Source of the DNA: Amoebidium appalachense
Taxonomy: Eukaryota > Protista > Ichthyosporea
Direction of reading: 5' to 3'
DNA length: 64,000 bases
Assembly (NCBI GenBank): GCA_963693365.1
Contig: CAVNZM010000007.1
Location: 9,731,962 to 9,795,961, forward strand
Shown piece by piece: positions 20,914 to 44,273 of this stretch (within the stretch, counting starts at the first letter, position 1; every line of letters begins with the position of its first letter). The position numbers and the translations under genes were made by a program. The notes beneath the pieces were generated by a model. The model was given only the letters and a program-made list of their open reading frames with translations. It was not told where the DNA came from and did not search any database.

Positions 20914-21687
20914 ATGACAGTGTTTACAGTTACCCCGCGTGTTGCACGCACCCTTCGTGTTGCTGTAGCGGTGATAGGTGTATACTGCCTCATAGGCACG
21001 GTGTACCAAGGCCCCGACCAGGCAGAGCTCACGTTGTCTGTTGTGGGTGATGGCGCAGTAGACTTGAGCGCCGTGCACCACAGATTAGGCCGTAATTCTG
21101 GTGAGGTCAATGAGACAGAACTGTTTGAACGGGCCCTTGAAGGCGACGAGGAGGCTTTGGCTGCTGTTGGGTTTGTGGAACAGGTTGCCGGGAAACCAGA
21201 CACGAGTACCCAGGTGGTCGACAAGGAAAAACTGCTTGCAGCGATGAAGAAGGAAGGGTACCCCATCTGCAATGGCTCGGACGATTCCATGGTTAGTCGC
21301 CTGAAGAACGAGCTTATGGCGCAGTGCCTCTCTGCCAGTGACTCCGGAAGACTGTTTAATCACGACTGTGGTGATAGCAGCAATGTTTACTTCTGCATCG
21401 ACCCGGACACCATTTCCCTACGCACGGCCGACTACCAGTGCATTGCAAAGGCAGACCCACGCAACGTCATGCAGTGGGGCTACCTGAAACTCAATGCCTG
21501 CAACAAGACAACAGGGCCGCAGGGTTTCTATCGCTTTGGTGGGTATGATGGCCACCGCATCATTAACAGTCTCAATCACTTCTGTGTGGATGTGGTGCAT
21601 CAGCATGTGGACGGGGAGCTGATTGCGTACGATTGCAAGGACGAGGAGGGGTATAAGCCCGAGAACCAGGGTTGGTATTTTGACTGA
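20914..21687 (+). CDS. Intronless type II membrane/secreted protein with a C-terminal ricin-B (beta-trefoil) lectin-like region, 257 aa
   Basis: N-terminal hydrophobic segment VAVAVIGVYCLIGTV. The C-terminal FCVDV...LIAYDC...ENQGW has the C-x-D-V, C and QxW pattern of ricin-B repeats; an earlier repeat reads CI...LNAC...PQGF. Confidence 0.75.
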   Translation: MTVFTVTPRVARTLRVAVAVIGVYCLIGTVYQGPDQAELTLSVVGDGAVDLSAVHHRLGRNSGEVNETELFERALEGDEEALAAVGFVEQVAGKPDTSTQVVDKEKLLAAMKKEGYPICNGSDDSMVSRLKNELMAQCLSASDSGRLFNHDCGDSSNVYFCIDPDTISLRTADYQCIAKADPRNVMQWGYLKLNACNKTTGPQGFYRFGGYDGHRIINSLNHFCVDVVHQHVDGELIAYDCKDEEGYKPENQGWYFD

Positions 21688-22504
21688 CCTGAGTGAGATC
21701 GATTGCTGGCGTGTGTTTATGTGGGGAGGAAGAATGGCATGCCTCCCGAATCAGAGTGGTAGTACGTAGGCTGATGTTTAATGATTCAGAGTTTCTTCGG
21801 CCTCGCCTAGTCGTGTTCGTATGGTGAGTTCTAGCTAGCCTTGCAAGGAAAACGTATTGTTTTTGGGTAAGCTAGGCATTTGTTTGTGGATCGTACAGTG
21901 TCTTGATGTAGTTGGTCCTATATATGGCTTCGAAGTGCCTAATGATGAATGCATAACTACATGCTAGATGATGATGAAATGAATGGATGGTGGCCTATTG
22001 TATAGGCTCACCTACGGACGAAATGTCCGTAAGCTTCAAATGAACATAACATACATAAATAGCTGCTCCTTCCACGCCCATATATTCAGCTGATGCGGAA
22101 TCATACAACCTCCCCACCTCCCCTCCCCCCGCCCCCCTCCCCCCCTCCCCTCCCCTTCCTCCCCCCCCCCCCCCCTCACCGCCGCCACCCCACCTATCCC
22201 CCGGGCCTCAGTTCACCACCACCACCGTGACACATAATCACACACACACAGAGTAGATAACACATCACACACAAACTGGCTTACGCACCGGCGTACACAT
22301 AACTTCAGAGTCCACACGGCAATCTCCGTAGATAAGTTGACAATACCTGTATAGGTATCACTGTTTTCCCCCTAAGTCTGAGTGATGCATGCTGTTAGTG
22401 GAAAGAATGCCCCCACTTTTTACTTTCTCTGTTTGTGCGGAGGACAAGGAGGGAGAAGATAGGAAAAAGGGCTGGGGGGAAAGGGGGGGAGGGGGGGGGG
22501 GGGG

Positions 22505-22535
<31 letters not shown>

Positions 22536-22890
22536 GAGAGAGAGAACGAGAGAGAGAGAGCCCCAGGGATTGATGACCAAAAGAGGAAGGCACCCAAGTC
22601 GAAGCAGAGTACGTGGTAGGAGGCAAACAACATGTCAAATTGAAATGTTTGTGCCATCATGGCGGGTATGAAGGGCTGGTCTAGCAGGGAGTGCCTACAT
22701 TTTGGACAGAAAACTTCGGAACCTCCCACCCCTTCCCCTCCCCCCTCCCCCTCCCCTCTCTCACTCCCCTCCTCCCCCCGCCTCCCCCCCCCCCCCCCCC
22801 CCCCCCCTCACACACACACACACGGCCCCTTTTCCATTTTTGTTCCTAATCAGTCTTCGTGCTGCCATATGCGTACTCTCCCCATTCTAA

Positions 22891-22941
<51 letters not shown>

Positions 22942-23720
22942 AAAAAGAAAGTCCCGTTCCCTCACAGGTCCTGTAGATTCCTCCTCTCAGACTGCCTTCT
23001 GCCGGCCCCTTTTCCTTAACCACTTCCCCGTACAGGCATGAGCCGCCGACCCCCCTACCTTTTCCACTGTTTGAACAGTGTCCTCCCCCCCCTCCACCCC
23101 CAGCTACCAATCCTTTACCACACCTATTGCAAGCGGGTGTTCTTTTGACCACAACAACTTCACATTGTTATTAGGAGACTCTGAGCGATAGATATGGGTG
23201 GGACGACCTGTTCCCGCATGTGAGGAAACACAGGTGTGAACGAAACCATTGTGAACGTTCCGCGGACAATGTTGAGCAAAGGCAGGAAAACATCGCAGGT
23301 GAGAGACAGAGAATGTGCGTGTGTGTGGCAAGACTTCTGATTACTAATGATTATCTCCCCCCCCCCCCCCCTCCCCCTCCCCCTCCCCCCCCCCCCCCCC
23401 CCCCCCCCCCCCGCCCCTCTTCCCCCTTTTCTTTATTGGGAAGGGGAGAGCGGGGAGGGGAAGGGGGGAGGGGGGGGGGGGGGGGGGGGGGAGAGGGAGG
23501 GGGGGAAGGGGGGGGAGGGGAACATTCAATCTATAGATGGAGGACAGGGCAGGAGGAAAAGTGCCACTAGAAGAAACGCTTGTACGAGAGTCTTGGACAT
23601 GTGGGCGGAGTCCACACCAAACACGTGCCTCATCAAGGTGCCCCAATCCCAGAACCCATCCTGTTAGTTACCACGCACACCAATTATCTAGGCTGTGCCA
23701 CTCAGTATTTCTTCGGTGCC

Positions 23721-23759
<39 letters not shown>

Positions 23760-24170
23760 CCCCCCCCCCCCCCTCCCCTCCTCTTCAGCTCCACTTTCTT
23801 TCCCTTGATCAACGTTTTTAGTTGTCTGCAGTTGTGGTGGCTATGCTGAAGCACTACTGTCCGTGCGACAAGTATGGTGATCCCTACGGGTTAGCTACGC
23901 GTTAACCCATTGGCACAAGCTAATTGGTTTTTACACCACTTTTTGCAAGGCAACAATGCCTGCCGGACATTCTTCCATCTACCTCTCAACCAGTTTAAAA
24001 CAATGCACATTGTGCTGTGTATGTGTTCAGAAGTGCATTTATGCACATCCTTCATTGCTCCCCCCCTTCCCCCCCCTCCCCCCTCCCCCCTCCCCTTCCC
24101 CCCCCCCTATCACCTGCCTTCCACCTTTGCCTCCTTGCACACTGAGCCAGAACGGATTTAAACAAACAAT

Positions 24171-24224
24171 TGCTCGGCAACAAAAAGCTCACCCTAGTGC
24201 TCGGCAACAAAAAGCTCACCCTAG
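24171..24224. repeat. 2 x 27-bp tandem repeat
   Basis: TGCTCGGCAACAAAAAGCTCACCCTAG twice. Confidence 0.9.
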
Positions 24225-24906
24225 GGCATGCATCCTTACACCCGGGCCCCCTTACACCAAGCCCAGGAAACTGGCAGACCGGTTATGGCCCAATACTTGC
24301 AGGAAAAACATATACATATGGCTATAACCACTTCTAATGTATCACGCGCACGCTCATCCAGCATCCACAATTTGCCTATGCGCATCCGGTTCCGACCCGT
24401 CCGATGCATGTCCGCACACCAAGGCCTCCTAAAAAGCACTCCCACACATAAGGGCACAGGCCACGACTAGAATGGGTCTGTGCAATTCGTCGTTGTGATG
24501 GCTCAAGTCATTTTTGGAACCCCTAATTACCGCTCAAGATCAACCATCAGACCCAATAAACTAGAATTACGTATGGGTCATATTTGATCGCACAGTCCCT
24601 TCGATTACGTTATGACGTACTCACACACAGCCACATACAGTCCGGTATGTACGTTTGTGCCACGGTTTTGCCTCTATGGTTCGTTAGTGTGTAACACATA
24701 CCGTGCGCGCGCTTGACACTTTCAGCAAGAAGCCAACCAGGAAAGGTTGTGTGTGATCATCCAACCTTAGGTTTGCGGTGAGCTACCGCTTTTCAGTTGT
24801 GAGGCTTGTTTCGTTAACAGAATGGGGTCTCAACGGTTGGTTTTTGAGCTAAGCGCATGGCCCCAAAGAGCCCCTATATAAACCGTACACGTACCCTACC
24901 TACCCT

Positions 24907-34137
<9,231 letters not shown>

Positions 34138-34261
34138 GTGGAAGAATGGAGGGCGGTTTGTGTTTGCATTGCAAAGTTTCTGACATACAAGTGGATTCGT
34201 GGCCATGCAGACAGACACCGGGTTGTTGTGTGTGGGGGGGAAGGAGAGGGGGGGGGGGGGG

Positions 34262-34294
<33 letters not shown>

Positions 34295-34637
34295 TGTGCT
34301 ATGGGTTTCTCGGTTGCATGCGGTGACATGGTTTTGTTTCCTATCTGTATAGATTACATATTGTTGCTTTCATAAGGCCCTCATCCGACATCTACTGTGC
34401 TCGCACAACTACAACTCCTGTCACCTCACATCAACACCCTCTCTCCACCCCCACCCTCTTCCGCCTCATTCTCTTCCTCCCTCCGCTCCCCCTCCTCTCT
34501 CCCCTCACCCACCTAGCAACACACATGCGCACGAACGCACACACGTACACATACACACACGTGCATACACGCGCGCGCCCGCACACACACACACACACAC
34601 ACAGTGTCACACACACACACGCACTCGCACACACACA

Positions 34638-34694
<57 letters not shown>

Positions 34695-34706
34695 GCACAC
34701 ACAGTG

Positions 34707-34758
<52 letters not shown>

Positions 34759-35673
34759 ACACACACACATACACACACACACACACACGCGCGCGCACGC
34801 GCGCACACACACATGCACACACACACGCACGCACACGCACACACGTTGTCTCAGAGTTTTTGTGTCCCTGATGTGTATTGATGTTTTCTTTGGGGGAAGG
34901 AGGGGGGAGGGGGGGGGGGGGGGGGGGGGGGAGAGAGGGGGGAGGGGGTGTTACACGAAATGAAAGAGCAGGACGGAAGGAAAAACAGATGTCAATCTAC
35001 CTGGTTAGCAGTGTTCTTGCAGAGATGTCATGGATGCACTTATTAATTGATCTTAGTCCTGTGGTGTGCATAGTAGAATGGTTCTGTTGAATGCTTATCT
35101 GCAGCATAGACAGCTTTTGTAAATCCATGTATGAAGGCAACTCTCTGTACTTTGAAGCAATTTACATCTTTGCCGTGTTGATCCTGGCCGTACTGGGCCA
35201 ATGTGATAATAGCCCTCGCCCTTCAATACTTAAAGATATGATTACATGAGGCTTTCATTATATGAAAGTGATTAGATGTTGCTCTGATATGTAAATACAA
35301 AAGTTTTAATGAACCAAAAAAAAAAGTAGGAATATATATAACAACAGAGTACTGGGTGTTTTGAGTAAATGCCACGACCAACATATGCGTATGGACCTGT
35401 GATCTGATCACACATTATAACCGGTGATATATATGTGCTTGGCCACTCTTACCCAGCTCCGTGGCTAAAAGCCCGTTCTGGACTAAATAAATATTTCTTC
35501 AAGCATCTATCATTACTTAGGGCTGATTACTGTTATGAGTTCGTTTAAAGGATTTACCGGTCCATGCCTCCTGCACCCAAACTAAGGTTTTTTATTATTA
35601 GTTCCTAGCTACTACTGGCAGCGCCCCCCTCCCCACCCCTCTCCAACCTCCCCCCCCCCCCCCCCCCCCCTCT

Positions 35674-35733
<60 letters not shown>

Positions 35734-36240
35734 AAAACTCTTTGAATGGACTCTGATTCAGAAAGCAGATCTATTGCAGATTTATTTGAGACTATTTCCA
35801 ATCAGCCATTGGTTTTCATTACGAATAGATCTGCTCTCCTTATTCAGTCAGGGTTTGAACTCTGGACCTGATGGCCCCGGCCACTCAGCCGGTTTTGACC
35901 CCGGGCCTAGCTTCAGACATGCGCGTGCGCACGCACACACACACTCACACAAACACATACAAACTCTAACGCATAAAACATGGCCCGATAACAGCCAGCA
36001 AGCCCGAACCAGGTCACTGGGATGAAAAGGTGGCCTTGGTTGTTTACTCAACTTCAGTTCCCGCGCCAGTGCCAGATGAGACCGGAAGTTCGAAGTCTGT
36101 CTGATAAGCTAGGCTCTGAGCTCGAGCCGCTCCGAGGTTCCGAGCTTCTCGAGCTCAGAAAAACAAAGCACATAGGGGGTATGTGCATAATAACAGAAGA
36201 CAGGTAACTAGTTGTGCATGAATACTGGGCCTAATAACAG

Positions 36241-39212
36241 GTAGGGGTGAAAGGATCAGATGGGAAGCAGCAAAAGACCAACGTCATCTTCATCTTCACC
36301 GATGACCAGGGGTGGTGGGTCAATGGCTGCTACGGAAACAAAGAGACCAGGGGTGGTGGGTCAATGGCTGCTACGGAAACAAAGAGACCAGGGGTGGTGG
36401 GTCAATGGCTGCTACGGAAACAAAGAGACCAGGGGTGGTGGGTCAATGGCTGCTACGGAAACAAAGAGACCAGGGGTGGTGGGTCAATGGCTGCTACGGA
36501 AACAAAGAGATTCGCACCCCCAACATCGACAAGTTAGCAGAGGAGGGCCTTCGTTTTGCAAACTTTTTTGTAGCCACACCTGTGTGCTCAGCAAGCCGTG
36601 CAACTTTTCTAATTGGGAGACTAACCTCACAACATGGAGTGCATGACTGGATCAGTGGAGGGAATATACCCCCAAACCCCGCTGCATACCTAGAAAACGA
36701 AGTTGCCTACACAGATGTTATGGCCGAGCATGGATATGTGTGTGGGATCAGTGGCAAGTGGCACCTCAGAGACAGCACGCTCAAGCAACATGGGTTCTCT
36801 TTCTGGTTTGTGCACCAGACAGGTGGCGGGCCCTACAACAATGCACCCATGGTGAAGAATGGTGAACTGGTAAGTCAGGCAAGATTTCCGTTGGAGCCTC
36901 ACTTGATTGGGTGCACAGGTGCCTCATCCAAGTTAAGATGGTGATGATGATAAAACCGAGTGTATGTGCAGATTGGCGCGGAAAAAAATCACTTCGCGTC
37001 GTATCAAAAAAGGAATTTCTCAAATCAAGTGCTGCTCATCTGGAAATTAGATCTTGTCCAGATCCACAGGACGCCTTGTCTAGGTCCCACCCATGCCTGC
37101 AGGTAAACGTACCGGGCTACATTACCGACATTATCACCAACGAAGCAATAGGGTTCCTCGAGGAGCGCGCAACAGACAGAGACAAACCCTTCTACCTGAG
37201 TGTGCACTACACTGCCCCCCATTTTTGCATTTTCTACAAGTTCTGTTTGCTGCGCTTTTAACTCGTTTGTGGCGTGCAGGCATTGTTTAGTGGGGTGCAA
37301 TTGCCCCCCCCCCCCCAAAAAAAAAAAAAAAAAAAAAAAAGCACAAAAGATAAAATAAAAAAAGATTCTTCATCTCTCCGCTGTGCTATTTGATTTATGT
37401 CTTTGTACACTGTACTGTGTATTCTTACCTACTACCCCCCCCCCCCCCCCCTCAAGGGGGGGGGGGGGGGGGGGGGGGGAGCTATATTAGTCTCAAACCG
37501 ACATGAAGTAATGTTTGGCCACAGATTTGTCGGAGCTGTGGAACCATTGCCGGTCGATTTAGGTGTATTATTTGAAATCCTCCCCTCCCCCTTCCTCCCC
37601 CCTCCTTTCCCCCTCCCCCCCCCTCCCCCCCCCCCCACACACACACACACACACACAACCATCACCACCACCACCACAAAAGAGAGGGGGGAAGGGGGGG
37701 GGGGGGGGGGGGGGGGGAGAGAGAGGGGAGATTGCCCCGTTTCTGCCTCTTTCCAATTAAACAACTTGAAGCCTGCAGCCTTCTCCCAACCACCAACACA
37801 CAAATTACTGTGTCTTCTTTTCATTTACCTGCCTTAGCTCACCGAATGCACACACTCAATAGACCCCTATGCCCATTATCTATTCCCCACTGTTCTCTCG
37901 GTGTCTCCGAAGCCCCCTATTTCCTCACCCTTCCCCCCCCCCCCCCCCCCCCCCCCCCCCACCCCCAACACACACACACCACCACCACCACCACCACCAC
38001 CGACACCACCACACACCTACACCGTTATTTTCCCTCTTATTTATGCACTATAAACAGATGGACCCTCCTCCATCCCTAATCCTCCCACGGTGCCCCCCTG
38101 CCCCTACCCCCCCCAACCCCCCCCCCCCCCCAACCACCACCACCCCCTCCTTCCCTTCCACCACCACCACCTCCTCCACCTCCACCTCCTCCCCCCCTTC
38201 TTCTCCGTCTTCAATATTCACTCCGTACCCTACCTCACTACAGCTCTAAATTATCACATAACCCCCCCCCCTCCCTCCCCCCTCCCACACACACACACAC
38301 ACCCCTTCCCACCCCTTCCCCCGCGCCAACCTGCCACTCCCCTACCGCCCCTTCCCTCCCTCCTCCCTCCCGCTTGCTCCCCCCCCCCCCCCCCGGCCCT
38401 TCTTCACCGCCCTCCCAACCCCCTCCACTTCCCCCCTTCCCCTCCCCAAACAACCACCACCCTGCCCCCCAATCCCCACTACAGCTACTTTGCAGCCATG
38501 ACAACTATGGACAACATCATTGGTCGTCTGATGGAGAGGGTTTGAAAGGTCTGGGCCTGAGGGAGAACACACTGGTCCTATATGCCAGTGACAATGGGTT
38601 AGGTGTGTATGGGTTAATGTGGTGTCAGGGTAGGTGAAAACAAGAGTTAGAGAGAGTTGAATAGTGATTGTGTGTGTGCATGTGGGTGTGCGGTTATAAA
38701 GGAGTTACCTAGTGGCGGCTCAGAAGCTGGTCTGCATTTTGCACATGTAGTTGTTTGCTCTTGAGAGTGGGGAGCGGAGGTCTAAACATGAATTGATCCT
38801 CACAAGCAGTTCGCTCTTTAACCATGAAGGAAACTGTAAAAAAGTTTTGCGAAGGGACCCCCTACGTTCGTATCTGTGTACCTCTTTGTGTGCACTGCAT
38901 TCTCCCCCCTCCCCTTCCTCCCGTCCCCCCCCCCTCTCCCCCTCTCCCCCGGAAAGGCGCAACCTTTTATACAAGCTATCTAGTGAGACGCTCACTTTCA
39001 AAGCACACGGGGCCTACTTAGCACACACTCTTGGCCGCACCATTTCTTTTCTGGATCTTCGATACATTATGCACATGTCTTCTTTCCATTGTGTGGTTAA
39101 TTACGATTTTACCCCCATCCAACCCCCCCCCTCCCCCCCCCCCCCCCCCCCCAAAAAAAAAGAAAAAAACAAAAAGAAAACGTCCCCCCTATCCTCGACT
39201 CCCCCCCCCCCC

Positions 39213-39243
<31 letters not shown>

Positions 39244-39460
39244 ACACACCCCCACACCCCCAATCCCCTCTGCTTCTCAGTATCACTTCTTTCCTTAAGT
39301 TCCACTCTCTTGCATCTCGCTCACCCCCTCTCCCCCTCCGGGTCTCCTACCCAACCCTTTCTCTCCCCTCCCCTTCCCCCCGGGCCCCTTTCCTTGCCCG
39401 TTCATTCACCCACTCACTCATGCCCCATGCCCCGGCCCCCCCCCCCCCCCCCCCCCCCTC

Positions 39461-39491
<31 letters not shown>

Positions 39492-41339
39492 TGCAGCTGT
39501 AGGTACCATGGGTTCTGGGGCAAAGGCAATGGCACGTACCCCCTAAACCTCTACGAGAATTCCATCCGTGTGCCTATGATCTGGTCCCACCCCAGTCGCA
39601 TCCCCTCAGGCAGAGTTCAGGTTCACTATCCCTCTCTCCTCCTTACTTTCTTTCTCTCCTTCCTCCCTTCCATCCCCCCTCCCCCCCGCCCTTCCCCTGC
39701 CACCTCTTCTCTCTCCCCCCCCCACCCCCATTCTCCCTCTTTTTTTTGCTATATCTGCCTGACTTTCCCCATCAACACAATCCGTCTCAGATTTTGCATT
39801 TGATTTTGTGGTGTTATGCTGACCTCATGTATGGCCCACTCGGCTGTGCTTATGTTTGATTCTCTCATGCGGGGTCTCGGCCAGGCCCTTTCATGGTCCC
39901 AACGAAGCCAGCCCCCCCCCCCCCCCCCCCCCCTTCCCCCCCCTTCCCCCCTCCCCCCCCCCCCCTCCCCCCCTGGTGTCTCTCTCCCCTTAGCCCGAGT
40001 TGCTTTCTCTTCATAACTCTGTACAGAAAAGGCTCCTCTCGGATTTCCCTCTTTGTCTCCCTCTCTCGGCCCCCCTAGGCGCTCTCTCACCCTTCCTCTG
40101 CCCTCCCTCCCCTCCCCCCCCCCCCCCCCCCCCCCCCACTCCCCCTGTCACCTGTCAGCTCACCTTACCCCACCCCCTTCTTCTCAGCCCCCCCTCCTCT
40201 TCTCTCCCCCTCCCCTCCCGCCCCCCCCCCCCCCCCCCCCCCCCCCCCCCATCCCTCCTCTCCCAATCCTCCTCACGTAGGATGGCATGGCCTGTGCCTA
40301 CGACTTCATGCCCACCCTCCTCGACTACTTGGGCCTGCCTCTGCCCGAGGGCCGCAACCTACCAGGGCACAGTTTCACCGCCCTTTAAAAAGGTGGGCAG
40401 GATGAGGGGTGGATGCACGTGGTCGTGTGTGACGAGTATGGGCGCAATAGGATGATGCGATCACGTAAGTGGAAGTACATCCACAGGTACCCTGATGGGC
40501 CCCACGAACTGTATGACCTGGTGTGTGCCATGCTCACGCCCCGTCCCCTCCCACCCTCCCACCCTCCCCCCTCCCCCGCCCCAACCCTTCCCGCCTTCTC
40601 CCCCCTCCCCCCCCCCCCCCCCCCCGAACCCCTCCCTCTCCCTCCGTCTCCCCCCCCCCCCTCACCGCCACCCCCCACACTCCCCCTCCTCTGTCCCCAG
40701 CTCCCAGGTCCCCAACTCCCTCGTGCTCTCTGTCTTCCTGGACTTTGGATACCGCTGGGTTGCATGCTCCGTGGGCACACATTGCAGGGAAGTGCACATG
40801 CATGCATGCGCATAGCACAAAGGCACATGCATAGCATGCAAACAGTGGCAACTACTACGTGCACGTACATGCCATGCATGCACAGAGTGCTTAAATGCAC
40901 AGATACATGCATGCACACAATCAGTATATGCACAAGCATGCATGCACACAGTACGTAAATATATCTAAAACGTACATGCCTGCACGTACCTAGTGCATCA
41001 AGTGCACTTGCATGCATGCACGCAGCACGTGTGCACATGCATGCATGCACATGTGTACACCGTCAATAAATGAAAATTGGTCATGCTTTGTTCTCCAGCC
41101 GTTTTCCTTTTTGGCAGATGCACGACCCAGATGAGCCGAAGAATCTAGTAGATGACGAAGGTATGCAACACACACGTGAACAACTGCACACCCAATAGGA
41201 GGGGTGGTTTGCAAAGTATGCCGACCCAGAAAAGGATGGGCTGATATTCAACGTCACGGGGGCAGGCCAGATTAATAGGCCCGTAGGGGGGAAATGGGAA
41301 GATGGAACGGAGCCATTTGGGCAGGATGTGATACTGTAA
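36241..41339 (+). pseudogene. Arylsulfatase/choline-sulfatase-family sulfatase, disrupted
   Basis: NVIFIFTDDQG...RTPNIDKLA...PVCSASRA, GKWHL(R), PFYLSVHYTAPH, SDNG, GFWGKGN...YENSIRVP, ELYDL|MHDPDE. Lesions: 4 extra 41-bp units (164 nt, frameshift), a 2-nt frameshift near 38540, in-frame TAA 40386-40388 and TAG 41196-41198. The middle exons look eroded. Confidence 0.85.
36304..36508 (+). repeat. Perfect 5 x 41-bp tandem repeat inside the sulfatase exon
   Basis: GACCAGGGGTGGTGGGTCAATGGCTGCTACGGAAACAAAGA starts at 36304, 36345, 36386, 36427 and 36468. Confidence 0.97.
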
Positions 41340-41448
41340 GAGAAGTGAACTTTTCCTGACAAGATTTTAAACTCTGTGTTTAGATTTAACTTTGTGGAAC
41401 CATATCAGTGTCAAACGTGAGCAACAATATGAAGGGTAGATATGGATT

Positions 41449-41526
41449 GTATGTGATTATAGCATTTATGTGATTATAGCATGTACGTGATTATAGCATG
41501 TATGTGATTATAGCATGTATGTGATT
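41449..41526. repeat. ~4.5 x 17-bp minisatellite
   Basis: TATGTGATTATAGCAT(G/T) units. Confidence 0.85.
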
Positions 41527-41905
41527 GTGCGTCTGCACGTGTGCGCATATGTTCGTGCACCATGTGTGGTACGGTATCAGAAGGGTTCATTATAGATCTC
41601 CGAACAGCTGCACCTTCAACACCTGAGGAGCACTCTCAAATGTTTTATCCGAATCGGATGCTAGGGTGGCATGGGTACATGTCGGTATACATATACACAC
41701 CTCAATTCTACTTTAAATTCGGGATGGTTAGAATTGGGCATAGCCGGTTGGGAGGCACCCAGCCAGTGTATGTTATATGCAGCATTAATTAAGTCATTGA
41801 CCGTCGTATGATATACTATAGTGGGTCCGTTTGCACGGCTCGAGGTGATTATTCAACTTGTTCATAATTATAGGATCCCCCCCCCCCCCCCCCCCCCCGA
41901 TCCCC

Positions 41906-41969
<64 letters not shown>

Positions 41970-42366
41970 TGACACACATACACACATTCATCCACAAAAT
42001 TATGATTATACTCTGTGTGCTTGGTGCAATGTGCATTGTGTTTTCCGTCCTGACAGTGTGAACTTCGTTCTCTACAACACAACCTACCCCCCCCCCCCCC
42101 CCCCTCCATCCCTTCCTTGCACCTACACATACTGCGCCCGGTAATAATTACAATATGGAAAAGAAAAGAAAAAAGAAAAAAAAATTCTCACCGGCCGTAA
42201 ATCACATCGTGACACTGTGCACCTGACCACAGTGACTCGTAGAATGACTCAACAATGTACGTTACAAATGCACCTGCAGCCGCTGGAAATGTGTGTGCAT
42301 TTCCCCCTCATTCCAGAAATTGAGCTCGACTTAAATGCATCTCGCACGAGTGGCGTATAACCCCGC

Positions 42367-42406
<40 letters not shown>

Positions 42407-43040
42407 ATATATAGCTATGCAGCTGAGCTGCAGGTCCCCAAGAGATACATGCACACTAAAGCCAAACTGCATTTGTACGTATCGGCCAGACGACACACAC
42501 CACACACACACGTACCACATCCAACGTCACACACACATGATCATGGAATAGGATAGCCTATATATCAATTCCTATCGGCAACAAGGGGTTGTAATTACGA
42601 GTGCAACTCAATATACGTCACACACGAATCACACACAAGTCAGAACACGACAGCGCAGTGTCACACGTGTACTCTGCACAGATCCACTCAAACCAAACAA
42701 CAACACATGCATATGTACATCGTATGTGCATGCACATAAACCATTGATCACACATGCTGAGCACGCTAATCATTAGGTAACCAACACACTCAGGCTCATG
42801 GACAACACACAAACCAGGTACCATATCATGGGGCAAAAACCCACCCGCACGTGAACCAGGATTCATCAATTTGCAGCAGTTGATTTCCGGCATGAGGCCA
42901 CAGCACCATCCCCCCAGCAGGATCATCACGTGCCAACACCTACCCAGCCACCAGCCAACAACATCTCCCATAGCGCTGCATACCCCCCCAGGTAGCAGCC
43001 ACACCGGGCAATATCATTGGCTGGTGCCGATCGGATTGCT

Positions 43041-43110
43041 GGCAACCAATCAAAAAGCAGGGGTGCCGTGTAACGGCAACTTTGCCCCGCTTTCGTCATT
43101 ATGTGTGCCC
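43041..43110 (-). promoter_or_regulatory. Eukaryotic SECIS element, type II, in the SELENOT 3' UTR
   Basis: GGGCACACAUA-AUGAC-GAAAGCGGGG-C-AAA-GU-UGCCG-UUACA-CGGCA-C-CCCUGCUUUU-UGAU-UGGUUGCC: UGA/GA quartet, 10-bp helix II, unpaired AAA and apical mini-stem, about 180 nt after the stop codon. Confidence 0.9.
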
Positions 43111-43291
43111 GTGCATAGCGCATGTGCTTACAACATCCCAGGCCGTACATAAACCACACACCAATACGATGCTAGAGATAAAATGCTTAAATATACATCT
43201 AAATACAGCTATCAGTTACAATTTGGCAGATGCTCAGAGTAGCCAGCCAATCATTCGATAAACTACATGAACACGTGACCATGGACACATC

Positions 43292-43584
43292 CTATTGGCC
43301 GGCTGCCTGCCTGGCGATCTGCAGGGCGTTGACCAGATAGTCGATGGACGGTGGGATCTTGCCTGTCTCCAGCTTGGACCACAGCACCGTGCCTGCACAC
43401 ATTCGGTCAGAGAGGGAGGAGAAGGGGGAGGAGGGGAGGGAGGGGGAGGGTTTACAATGTGTTTTCGAATAGAAAGTACACGTTCAAACCGGACAACACA
43501 ATGCAGAGTGCACACCGCCCATATAGTGTGCATGATAAGCAGGGCCCATTCTCAAAGAGAAAGCCCATTCTCAAAGAGAAGGCC

Positions 43585-43625
<41 letters not shown>

Positions 43626-44153
43626 GGGGGTTATGAAGGGTTCAAGAAAGAGAGAAATGAAGGAAGCGAGGGGGGGAGAAGAGAGAGGGAGAGAAAAAGA
43701 GAGAGCGCACAAGAGTGTGTGCATGTGTGTGTGCCCATGAGCACACGCGCGTGCGTGCTCGTGTGTGTGTGCGGGTGTGTTGCCCTTGGGTGTTGTGCAG
43801 CAGTTTGCAATCACATCACTTTCATTAGCAGCGCTGCATGTTTCTGTTTTATGGATTTTGTATGGCTGTAGATGCAGAACAGCACCTATTACCAAAGCAC
43901 CATTTCAAAAGAAGAGTATCAATCCACTTCCCAGCTGCAGCCGGATGTGTGTGTGTGTGTGAGTGTGTGAGTGTGTGTATGCGCACACCGGTACGTGTTT
44001 GAGTGTGTGGCGTGAGTGCGTGTGTCTGTGCTCATGTGAACATACATACACTGTACAATGTACTTGCATACATACCCAAGTGAGTGACGGGGGTAGTGTT
44101 GGGGTAAAGATAGGACGGGCAGGGGAAAGCACTTGGGAGAGAGGTGTGTGTAC

Positions 44154-44224
<71 letters not shown>

Positions 44225-44237
44225 CCGCACGCGCGCA

Positions 44238-44273
<36 letters not shown>

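Noticed and set aside
36304-36508. CRISPR-like repeat array
   Set aside because: Units are contiguous with no spacers, are derived from sulfatase coding sequence, and there are no cas genes; the context is eukaryotic.
40386-41198. Stop-codon reassignment (TAA/TAG read as Leu) suggested by the two sulfatase stops
   Set aside because: Other genes in the window terminate on TAG/TAA and have no internal stops; the sulfatase also has frameshifts, so pseudogenisation is the simpler explanation.
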